NCBI GenBank assembly: GCA_032718475.1
Contig: JAUCBJ010008708.1
Span: forward strand, 62,001 to 126,000
Direction: 5' to 3'
Length of the DNA stretch: 64,000 nt
DNA from: Nemertoderma westbladi
Lineage: Eukaryota > Animalia > Xenacoelomorpha
Each line of letters opens with the position of its first letter. Within the stretch, counting starts at the first letter, position 1. A program made the translations under genes and the position numbers. The notes under the pieces are model-generated. The model did not search any database. It was not told the DNA's origin and was given only the letters and a program-made list of their open reading frames with translations. Below, in pieces: positions 10,078 through 20,756 of this stretch.

Positions 10078-12205
10078 CTACTACTACTACTACTACTACT
10101 ACTAGGATCGGCATGCCGCATTGCAGCTGCATTTTTAAGAATGATGTGCCGGCTTGTCAACAAAATAGCGCCGCCACAACTCACTATCACCCATGACATT
10201 TGCTAGATCTTCCGCATCTCCAAGGCCAGTGTCCTTTAAGATGCGTCTCAAGAAGGTCATGGGCTGTCCACCATGCCCATTCACTTCATGGGGTTGCCAA
10301 AGCACAAGATTATGCACTGGTCCTCGGCGAAAGCAATGTCCTGCAAAGCGGAGGTGGCTTTGTTCTAGTGTCAAGGTGGGGGAACCAATGAGACACCTCC
10401 AATGTTATATAGTGTCTGGTTGATGTGTGTTGTGGAGATGTGGAAAAATGTGGAGATGTGTGCATTGTACTTGACACAATGAACCCGGCGTAGCATTCTT
10501 GTGAATGCGCCATCCAGAGATTTGGTGTCCTCCGCAGTTAGAGCCCAGCATGGACTCCCAAAGAGGAGTACTGGAACTTCTGCTGCTCTAAATAATCGGA
10601 ATTTAATTTTCCGATGGATTCTATGTGACTTCCAAATCCTGGAAACTCCATTCAAGGTTGCCCATGCCTTTCCCTTACGTTTTCGAAGGTCTTCACCTGA
10701 CTTCCTTACCCATGATCCCAGGTAACAGAAGTCGTCCACATGCTCAAGCATGCCATCTTTGAGCTTATGCTCATCCGATCAGAGACTTGCTGAGGACTTT
10801 CATTGTTAACTGTCAAAATATTTTCTTTTTGGAGTTAATAAAAAGTCCAACACTAGAGGAAGCCTGTTATAATGAGCTGAGGAGCCGTTGTGCTCCCTCT
10901 CTAGTGATTCTGAGAGTACTCCTAAGTCATCGGCAACGTCTAGATCAGTTAGGTACTTGGCAGGATTTCCTCGACTTCTGGAGCCTGTAGGTGGAGTTAC
11001 CATCACCTCATCATCATTATATGATGATCTAAGAACATGCATAGAACATAGTCAACCACAATTATGAACAAGAATGGCGCAAGTGTGTCTCCCTGGAGGA
11101 CTTCCCCTAACACTTCGAATGGTTTTGTGTCACCGTCAACAGTATAAGAAATGTTAATGATCTCATTGATGCAATAATATCATCAGGAATCCCATACAAT
11201 GAAAGTATGCTGAACATACATGAGCGAGAGACTGAATCAAAGGCCTTGAAGAAGTCAACAAAGATAACAGCCAGATGCCTGTCTTTCCTTTTTGATAACT
11301 CTTCAATTATCCTTCTAAGTACCAAAATGGGCTCCATGGTCCCACGACCTTTACGGAACCCTTTCTGATTTTCACGGAGCAGTCTCTCAATGGAATCCCT
11401 GATGTGATTTAATATAATTCTATTGTATAGCTTTGCAGCAATCGAGATCAATGAGATTCCCCGAAAAGAACCATAGAGTGTTAGGTTGCCCTTCTTGGGA
11501 ACTGGCACCAACTTATTTGTTTTCATTTCTTGTGGGACTCTTGTTGTTCGGTACATGTCTACTATGATGAAATATATGAGCTTTAAACTCTCAGGTATTT
11601 TAAAGACCTCAGGGGGGGGGGGGGGGGGGACATCATCTACTCCACTGGCACGATTGGTCTTAATTCTCTTTGAGGCAACCTTCACTTCTGCAAAGGAGAT
11701 ATCGCCAATGGGAATATATGGGAGTCCAGACTCAGACTCTTTTACTTCTATAAATACCCTGTCATTATTGAGGATATTTTCAAAGTGGGCCTTCCAACCA
11801 TTGAGGCGATTGGCTGGCGATTCTGCCTTAACCTTGGTGGTTGGTTGGCTTTTACGCCCAGTAAGCAAGTTGATCGATTTTCATGCCTGGGATGTTTGCA
11901 TGCTGTCATTGGCTTCATTGAAAGCATCAACCTGTTGGTTTATAAGCTCCTGTAGATTAACAGATTACTGCCTGCTCAGAGACCTAGATGCAGCCTTAAA
12001 TGCATTCTTGGCCACTGTAGTGGCCAAGAGCTCCTTATAGAGGTCATTTCGGCACTTCTGAATTTTGTGGTCAGTCCAGGGGGCCTTTTTCCTTTTTTCG
12101 AGGGTATACAGGAACTGTTTCTGTAGCTGCTATCTTCACTGCTTCTGTGAAGGCAGTATAGCCCTCTCAGTGATCTGCTGCCTCATAGGCAAGTACCTCA
12201 TTCCT
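10078..12205 (-). mobile_element. RTE-clade LINE, 5'-truncated, frameshifted
   Basis: PVPKKGNL…FRGISL, QKGFRKGR, DFFKAFDSV, QGDTLAPFLF, DVADDL, FCYLGSW, LRFAGHCFR motifs; 3' (TAG)n tail at 10078-10104. Confidence 0.9.
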
Positions 12206-12229
12206 GTAGTATGTAAAAAAAAGTAGGGT

Positions 12230-12411
12230 TAAATAATGGTGCTGTAACTCGAAAACTTCCCAATATTTTTGAAAACCATTTTCACTATTAGAAAGACAAT
12301 AGATTTTACGAAAATTCATAAAATTGCAGAATCCCAACTGCGTTTGCTTCAGAATTATAACAAAAAAGCCACGGGATGGTCATATTGACCGCCCCGGTTT
12401 TAATAGGGTTA
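12230..12411. mobile_element. Possible piggyBac-type non-autonomous element end
   Basis: Ends …GGTCATATTGACCGCCCCGG…AATAGGG|TTAA. The partner end was not found. Confidence 0.3.
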
Positions 12412-12787
12412 ATATTATATTTATAGATTGCATCCCATTGTGGGTGAGATCTCCATGGATACTAAACTACACCGTAAATAATGTAACCATGTGCCTAATA
12501 ATATCAATAAATATCATTACATTGTCTTGTAATTATTATAATTTAATTAATGTATTTATTACTTATTTGATGTTCTATGGAAAAAATATAAGTTATACAT
12601 TAACTCCAGGAATATATATGAAACAGTCATAGCTTGAGAACCCGGCTTCGTAGTAGTGGGTGAGTTTCGTTTTGGCTTTCCAATCTTTCTATAGATATAA
12701 GGAAGCGTTTAATGAGGAATAGCTAAGATATGGGCGTTCGGTATTTATATTTTTTGGGTTATTGCTGGTGTAATTTTAATTTATACT

Positions 12788-12872
12788 AAAATATTATATA
12801 TTATATATATAAAAATATTATATATTATATATATAAAAATATTATATATTATATATATAAAAATATTATATA
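12788..12872. repeat. 24-bp AT-only minisatellite, about 3.5 copies
   Basis: (AAAATATTATATATTATATATATA)n. Confidence 0.85.
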
Positions 12873-13527
12873 CATAATTCTGGAACATATTTTTTCAAAA
12901 ATACCTACTTACCTGCTGGTAATAATAAGTAGTAGCTTAAACAAACAATCAAAATTACTACTTACAATAATATTCAATTATTTTTATTGACTTAAATGCC
13001 ACCGGCGTGGCGGCTACATTTAAAATGGTCTGAACTGTCACGAGGAGTCAATAACCTAATGATAAGAGCGATTATCAAGGTAAAAATCATTGTCAATATT
13101 CATACATAAACAACATCTTATAGAATGAAGTGTGTTTATTTAATACAGTACAATTGAATAAAAGGCCGGTACTACTGTATTTTTGGCCTACCCCCTGCTA
13201 AATTTTTCTACTATGGAGTTTTCTAATTATGAAATTGATCTAGAATGTGAAAAATAAATTTTTTAGTTTATGAATCCAGATCAAGGCGTTATAATTGATT
13301 AGATATGTCTTTATATATATATTTTTTTGATAATAATAAAATACTAGCTATAGTAGGCAGGCATACTATAAAAGTAACTAGCTTTCATGATAATTTTGTT
13401 GTAATGAATGGTTGTTAACACGAATAACTTTCAACAAATCAGTGAAACTGAATTACTTGCTACATTGGATCATGGGTTCTGTGATTCTCTATGGTAGCCT
13501 TTGTTGGGGGATACCTAACAATTAAAG

Positions 13528-14220
13528 GGCACTACTATGTCTTGTACACCCCCCCCCCCCCCCCCCCCCCACTTTTGTTATAGAACATATTTATTGTTCT
13601 AGAACACATTTATTATGTTCTAGAACAAAATTTATTTTGATAAAAAAAAATATTATTGTTCTAGAACAAATTTTTTTTCTAGAATTTATTTTTATTTTTC
13701 CAGTTTCTATAGTAATTATATATTTCGAGAATATTTATGGAGGGATACATTTTCTTAATATTTAAAAATGTTATAGAAATAGTTATACTGTTGTAGCTAC
13801 ATCATATTTAGTTTTAGTTATGAGTGAAATTAATAAAAAAAGACATGTCAGCAAAAGAGCATCGTTTGCCGACCCCAATATTGAGGAAATATCTTATCAT
13901 CTGAGAACAGAACTGAGCGCAATTGAGTTTGCTGAGTTTGAAGAGGTACAAAGATGCTGGCACACCACTTGGCAGAATACAGATGGCGATTACTACATAA
14001 AGAATCACCATTCCTCGACTTGATTAAACTAATAAGACAAAAGTACAAATAGGTATAAATAATAGCTATAACTAATAAAATAAAATATTTGTTCTAGAAC
14101 AAAAAATATTTTTTAAATAAATCTAAAGCTGGTCATAAAACAATATTTGATAATAAAAATAACACATATACCTAGTATTTATAAAAAAAACAGGGGGTGT
14201 GTACAAGACATAGTAGTGCC
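13528..14220. mobile_element. Mutator-like non-autonomous element (693 bp)
   Basis: TIR GGCACTACTATGTCTTGTACAC at both ends; perfect 9-bp TSD CAATTAAAG (13519-13527 and 14221-14229); multiple subterminal GTTCTAGAAC palindromes. Confidence 0.88.
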
Positions 14221-14267
14221 CAATTAAAGTCTCCATGGAGTTTACATATACCAGGATGCTGCGCTGG

Positions 14268-14720
14268 GGTATTACTGTGTTTTTGGCACACAATTTCTTA
14301 TACTAGCTAGTATTTTTTACTTTTTTTTTAATGTTCTAGAACATATTATCTTTTCATTTAATATAAAATTTTGTTCTAGAACAAATATTTTTTGTTTTAG
14401 AACAAAAAAAAACAAGATTAGCTAATTTGTTAATTTTGTTAATTTTTTATTGTACTGGTATGTTATCTTTGTATCACACATTTGATAAAAATCACTAGCT
14501 ACAATGACAATTTGTAGTTGTTAGTAATTGTTTTTACACTAATCAAATTAAAAACTCCACAAAAAACAAATTTTTTAAAATGTTATAGAAAAAAAAACAT
14601 TTGTTCTAGGATATTACTTTTTCAAAAATGAACAGATAATGTGTTCTAAAACATTTCTTTTTAAAAAGTAACAAAAACTAGAAAATTTTTTTGGGGGTGT
14701 GCCCAAAACACAGTAGTACC
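14268..14720. mobile_element. Mutator-like MITE (453 bp), related family
   Basis: TIR GGTA(C/T)TACTGTGTTTT(G/T)GGCACAC; 9-bp TSD CTGCGCTGG / CTGCGCTTG (one mismatch); same GTTCTAGAAC motifs. Confidence 0.82.
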
Positions 14721-14988
14721 CTGCGCTTGGTGTATACAACAACATTACCTGCATACATAACCAATGTGGTGTTTTACAACCATGGTAACATATCATTGCC
14801 AAGACACACCATCACCCTGCAGAGACAACACCTGAAGCTTGCTGGCACTGTTTTCGCCGTCATGATCAACCTGTATACAACCTTGTGCTGTGGCAGTCTG
14901 CTGGTAAGAAAAGGCGTGGAGGATAGCCAATGACTTTCCTCAAACACCTACTCAAGGACACCGTACTTGAGAAAAGGGATCTTGGAAA

Positions 14989-16490
14989 GTGTATGGCTGC
15001 CCTTGAGATCTGGAGACGCTGCTGTGCTGCTAGGTCCGCTTGCACTGAGTATGGCTGACTGTGAGATCAAGGGGCGCTATGTTTCTGGGTCTGTTGGCAC
15101 TGTGTAATGTGTATGGCTAACGTTGTGATCTGGAGACGCTATGTTGCTAGGTCCGGTCCGTTGGCACTGTGTATGGCTGACTGTGAGATCAGGGGGCGCT
15201 ATGTTTCTGGGTCTGTTGGCACTGTGTATGGCTAACGTTGTGATCTAGAGACGCTATGTTGCTAGGTCCGTTGGCACTGTGTATGGCTGACTGTGAGATC
15301 AGGGGGCGCTATGTTTCTCGGTCTATTGGCACTGTGTATGGCTAACGTTGTGATCTGGATGCGCTATGTTGCTGGGTCCACCAGGTCTGTGTATGGCTGA
15401 CCGTGAGATCTGGGGGCGCTATGTTGGTGTGTCTGCTGGCACTGTGTATGGCTGACTTTGAGATCAGGGGACGCTATGTTTCTGGGTCCGCTGGCACTGT
15501 GTACTGTGAATGGCTGATTGAGATTTGGAGGCGCTATGTTGCTAGTTCTGACGGCCCTGTGTATGGTTGACCGTGAGATCTGGGGGCGTTATTTTGCTAG
15601 GTCAGCTGGATCGGTGTATGGCTAACCATGAGATCTGGAGGCGCTATGTTGCTTGGTCCACCATCACTGTGAATGGATGACCATGAGATCTGGAGGCGCT
15701 ATGTTGGTAGGTCAACCATCACTGTGAATGGCTGACCATGAGATCTGGAAGCGCTATGTTGCTTGGTCCACCATCACTGTGAATGGATGACCATGAGATC
15801 TGGAGGCGCTATGTTGAGGTCCACCAGCACTGTGTATAGCAGACCATGAAATCTGGAGGCACTATGTTGCTTGGTCCACCGGCACTGTGCATGGCTGACC
15901 GTGAGATCTGGAGGCGCTATGTTGCTTGGTCCACCAGCACTATGTATGGCAGACCATGAGATCTGGAGGCACTATGTTGCTTGGTCCACCGGCACTGTGC
16001 TTGGGTGGCCGTGTGATCTGGAGGTGTTATGTTGCTTGGTCCACCGGCACTGTGTACTGTGTATGGCTGATTATGAGATCTGGAGGCGCTTTGTTGCTAG
16101 TTCCGCCGGCCCTGTGTATGGTTGGCCGTGAGATCTGGGGGCGTTATTTTGCTAGGTCAGCTGTCTCGGTGTATGGCTAATCATGAGATCTGGAGGCGGT
16201 ATGTTGTTTGGTCCACCAGCACTGTGAATGGCTGACTGTGAGATCTGGAGGCGCTATGTTGCTTGGTCCACCATCACTGTGAATGGCTCACCATGAAATC
16301 TTGAGGCGCTATGTTGCTGGGTCCATCGGCACTGTGCATGGCTGACTGTGAGATCTAGAGGCGCTATGTTGCTTGGTCCACCAGCTCTGTGAATGGCTGA
16401 CCATAAGATCTGGAGGCGCTATGTTGCTTGGTCCACCAGCTCTGTGAATAGCTAACCATGAGATTTGGAGGCACTATTTTGCAGTGTCCA
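14989..16490 (+). repeat. 55-bp tandem array, about 27 copies
   Basis: Approximate consensus GTGTATGGCTGACCGTGAGATCTGGAGGCGCTATGTTGCTTGGTCCACCGGCACT; period 55 (e.g. 15661 to 15716). Confidence 0.92.
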
Positions 16491-16719
16491 ATGTTCGGTG
16501 TCTTGTAACAATAACGTTTTATTACCAGGTTATTTAGCTATTTTACGAGTTATTTACCCGAGGGACATGTTATAGACCCGAGGCGAAGCCGAGGGCCTCG
16601 CCGAGGGCCTCCCACAGCAATAATAATGACCCGAGTCATGAAATGTTATACACAGCAGCAAATGGTGATAAAAGCCACACCACCTGAACCTAATAATTAA
16701 ACCTAATTAAAGAATTTTC

Positions 16720-17365
16720 CATCCAGGACAACCTTGTCATTTATCCAACCGAATAGTCGTCCCGATTCTAGCCCACAAAAAATTCTTCATCGTCTACATT
16801 TCTCCCACCAAGGATATCACCGCACATGGGAGCGTGTTCAACAATTATATTTCTGGCCAGCCATACGTTCTGATATAAAAAATATTATAGATAATTGTGA
16901 AACTTGTCAATGTCACAGGCCCAGCCAAACCCAAGAGCCAATGATATTACAGGATCCTTTACCAAAACGCCCTTTTGAGCAAGCATCATTTGATCTATTT
17001 TGTCATGGTGGAAATACGTTTATGGTTTATCTTGACAGATATAGCGGCTGGCCTGATGTATACCATTTTGGAAAATTTACTCCTTCATCATACCAAGTGA
17101 AAACAATTATTATGGAATACTTCTGTGAAACTGGCGTACCTATTATGCTCTGCACAGCATTCCTCTATTGAGTTTACCAATTTTGTAAAAACTGGAACGT
17201 AAAACATGTTACTAGCAGTGCCTACTATCCGCAAAGCAATGGGCATGTGGAGTCAGCAGTAAAAGCTATTAAAGACTTGTAATAAATAATATATCAACTA
17301 ATGGCACTTTTGATAAGGCCAATTTCTTAGGAATTTTGGAATGGCGTAATACACCAGGTAATAGA
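16720..17365 (+). pseudogene. Orphan Gypsy (Mag-like) integrase fragment
   Basis: LHFSHQG…YFWP…CETC, RPFEQASFDLF, DRYSGWP, YYPQSNGHVESAVK, WRNTP. No LTRs nearby. Confidence 0.85.
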
Positions 17366-17652
17366 GGTGACATTTTACATTTTTCCCGGCGAAAGGAGTT
17401 ATATAAGAAAATATGAATATATTTTTAGTGTACTTTCTTAGATTTTATTACATGTGTTCAAAGGCATCGAAGCGGAAAAGATTTGCACATAATTTGAACA
17501 GAATCCACACTCATAAGTTATTGCAACTTTAGCGTCTGCAAGGCGTATTCCAAAATGGAACTCTGGTAGTTAATCGACTCTCTTGTTAAGTTATAAATAT
17601 TCGAGAACATTAAATTATTTAACATTGAGTAAGGCAACATCAGTAATTTTAA

Positions 17653-17846
17653 GGCCATGATACACCACCAGCCGCTGTGAACGGCGACTTTTGGTATGAA
17701 ACACCAGAGAGAGGAGCGGCAAGCGGCAGTGGCCATTTGTGGTGTATCATCACCCATAGAAAATAATGTGTTCTATTTTTAAAAAGTGGCCGCTCACCGC
17801 GGCCGCTCACCACTGCCGCTCACCGCTCCTGTGTTGTATCATGGCC
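17653..17846. mobile_element. MITE (Harbinger- or Kolobok-like)
   Basis: TIR GGCCATGATACA flanked by TTAA on both sides; internal GCCGCTCACC repeats. It sits in a dispersed repeat (17370-17880) whose second copy (19640-19960) lacks it. Confidence 0.75.
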
Positions 17847-18030
17847 TTAAGTACAGTAATTTGAATTGCAGTACATGCAACTACATTTATTACATAGTTC
17901 CACCCTTTAATTAACACCCTAATACGATTTTTAATAACTCTCTATTCTCCTTTCTATTTAAATCAAATATATAATCACCAACTGGATGGTATTTGTTAAT
18001 TTAGGATTATATTCAGTTAATTAACAAGCA

Positions 18031-19002
18031 ATGAGCAATGACAGAGAACAATTTGAAGATTTACTTGAATATGAAGATGAGCATGGAAGTACAAACCTCC
18101 ATGATTTATATCAACTAAAACATGAAGATCTATTTTTTGGGGGGTATGACGTTTCCTCAGACGAAAAAACTTTGGACGAAATCATCTCAAGTGAACTCGA
18201 TCCACAGCAAGTAGCAACTTATCCTGATCCTAGTAGAGTTGGGGCAGAAAGAGAATTTGCACTTTATCCTGATCCTAGTAGAGTTGGGACAGAAAGAGAA
18301 TTCACACTTTATCCTGATACTAATAGAGTTGGGACAGAAAGAGAATTCGGACCTTATCCTGATACTAGTAGAGTTGGGGCAGAAACAGAATTCACACCTT
18401 ATCCTGATACTAGTAGTAGAGTTAGAGCAGAAAGACAATTCGCACCTTATCATATTATTCCTAGTAGAGTTGGGACAAAAAGACAAATAGCACCATATCC
18501 TGATTCTAGTAGAGTTGGAGCAGAAAGACAATTCGCACCTTATCATATTCCTAGTAGAGTTGGGACAGAAAGAGAATTCTCACTTTATCCTGATACTAGT
18601 AGAGTTGGGACAGAAAGAGAATTCGGACCTTATCCTGATACTAGTAGAGTTGGGGCAGAAACAGAATTCACACCTTATCCTGATACTAGTAGTAGAGTTA
18701 GAGCAGAAAGACAATTCGCACCTTATCATATTATTCCTAGTAGAGTTGGGACAAAAAGACAAATAGCACCATATCCTGATTCTAGTAGAGTTGGAGCAGA
18801 AAGACAATTCGCACCTTATCATATTCCTAGTAGAGTTGGGACAGAAAGACAAATAGCACCTTATCCTGAGTTGAGGAAGAGTAGAGTTGGGGCAGAAAGA
18901 GAATTCACACCTTATCCTGATACTAGACAATTAGAACCGAACCATTTCGGAGCCGTTGGCAAATTTGCAGAGTCTACTGGTTCGATACACTGTGCACAAT
19001 AA
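18031..19002 (+). CDS. Orphan tandem-repeat protein (acidic N-terminus + about 16 x YPDxSRVG[A/T]ERxFxP)
   Basis: 323-aa ORF; 45-bp repeat with length variants only in multiples of 3; higher-order 276-bp duplication. Confidence 0.5.
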   Translation: MSNDREQFEDLLEYEDEHGSTNLHDLYQLKHEDLFFGGYDVSSDEKTLDEIISSELDPQQVATYPDPSRVGAEREFALYPDPSRVGTEREFTLYPDTNRVGTEREFGPYPDTSRVGAETEFTPYPDTSSRVRAERQFAPYHIIPSRVGTKRQIAPYPDSSRVGAERQFAPYHIPSRVGTEREFSLYPDTSRVGTEREFGPYPDTSRVGAETEFTPYPDTSSRVRAERQFAPYHIIPSRVGTKRQIAPYPDSSRVGAERQFAPYHIPSRVGTERQIAPYPELRKSRVGAEREFTPYPDTRQLEPNHFGAVGKFAESTGSIHCAQ

Positions 19003-19142
19003 TTCTTGTTCTCCCCTAATCTACCTTTTGTTTAGCTGGTATTATGCTAATGACCAGCTATAAATAGATGCTCCATTACAAATATTTTTGGAGCATTTAA
19101 CTTTTGTCATTTATATGCACATTACACATAGTTACTAATGCA

Positions 19143-19452
19143 CGGTTTCCACGATGTTAGGCCTGAAGTTAGGACAATTGCGACCCGGACAATTGTGACC
19201 CGGGCAATTGCGACCCGGACAATTGTGACCCGGACAATTGTGTCCCAGACAATTCCAACCCGATCATAAAGATTTCAAATATATTATATCAATAGCTAGT
19301 AAAAAAATATTACATGAACAATGTTAACAATATATGTAGGTTATGCCAAATTATAAATATATATATTATATATTTATATTATTATATATTATAATGTAGT
19401 CACTATTTTAAAATTGTCCGCAATTGTCCGGGTTGCAATTGTCCGGAGACCG
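19143..19452. repeat. Degenerate foldback-type element with 15-bp subterminal repeats
   Basis: (GGACAATTG[C/T]GACCC)x6 at 19173-19262 and inverted copies at 19411-19445; ends CGGTTTCC…GGAGACCG. No TSD seen. Confidence 0.55.
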
Positions 19453-20020
19453 TTAGCCCCCCCCCCCCCCCCCCCTGACATGGAGCATAGTGAAAAAAGT
19501 TGTACTTTTTAACATGTAATAAATAATTATTATTTTTAAATTATTGTTACTTTTTCGCTCACATTTAGACCAAAATCGGGAGAAAAAGTTGCATTTGTTT
19601 TCCCTAGGGAAAAAAAATAACCCATAGGATTGCATTGATTTTACATTTTTTCCCGGTGAAAAAAGTAAAATAAAATATTTTTGGTTGAATTTCTTAAATT
19701 TTATTAAATGTGTTCAAAGAACATTGACGTAGAAAATATTTGCACGTCATTTGAGCAAAATCCATGAACGCACTCAAAAGTTATTGCAACTTTAGTGTCT
19801 GCATGGCGTATTCAAAAACGGAACTCAATATCCAATATTGGTTTATATTGTTAAGCGGCTCTCTAATTACGTAATAAATATTCGAGAACACAAAATTATT
19901 TAACATTGAGTAAGGCAGCATCAGGAGTTGAATTGAAGAGTACAGTAATTTCAATTGCAGTAACTATGGAAGCAATAGGCCTATAGTAAAATACTGCAGT
20001 TCAATTTATTTTGTACCTCT

Positions 20021-20450
20021 ATACACCATGTCCTGGAATATAGTGTCGTTATTCAGGTACCGGCCCCCCACCCCAAATATTTCTACAAATCTTAATGAGA
20101 TTACATGAAATTTGAAATTGAGATAGTTTCACCTCCCTTCTCCTCCATGGGTGCGCCAGAATTTTTATTTTTTCTTTCAATCTTTAGCTACAAAAGCGTT
20201 TAAAAAAAGTGTCTCCGGTGATATTTCACCATTTACACGCCAGTTATTCTTCAATCATATAGTGATTTGTTGGTACTGATTGAAAGCTGGCAAAGTAAGG
20301 ATTCAAAATTTGTAACATAATCTGAATTTCATAGCTGAGATATGATCGTTTAAAAGTTTCATGGTTTTGCATCTGCATGAGGCTATTTTATTGTATTAAA
20401 TAAAAATACCATAATTATTCTGGAACATGTTGTTTATTTATGAATTTAGC
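20021..20450 (+). repeat. Long inverted-repeat arm (foldback DNA transposon family), left
   Basis: The first 38 bp (ATACACCATGTCCTGGAATATAGTGTCGTTATTCAGGT) are the exact reverse complement of 38898-38935; similarity continues about 400 bp inward. Confidence 0.75.
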
Positions 20451-20756
20451 TACGTAATAGTATAGATTAGAAAGATTATCACACCAAAAGGCGCGCGGCG
20501 CCAGTCTAGCTGGCATTTATTTCTTAAGATCTCAAATAAAATATTTATTATATAGGAAGGGATCTAGGGGTCTTATACGGTGGCTGATTTAGGCCACATT
20601 TAATTAAATTTTTTTTCGAAGAGGATTAAGAAAAAAATAAACTAAATTATATTATTTAGGGGATTAAGAAAACAGAAACAAATTAAACTAAATTATGTGA
20701 ATATTGATTTTGATTTCTGATTGGTTGAAAAAATAAATAAATGAATTATATGTCTG

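Larger units (their letters stand above)
13440..15035 (+). pseudogene. Old RTE LINE 3' fragment interrupted by two MITEs; 5' boundary approximate
   Basis: After removing the MITEs it reads roughly VILYGSLCW…YTRMLR…HLKLAG/HCFRRHDQPVYNLVLWQ…PMTFLKHLLKDT…CMAALEIWRR, homologous to the RTE C-terminus at 10135-10600. Confidence 0.75.

Noticed and set aside
14989-16490. CRISPR-like regular array
   Set aside because: Contiguous tandem units with no unique spacers and no cas genes; derived from an RTE 3' end.
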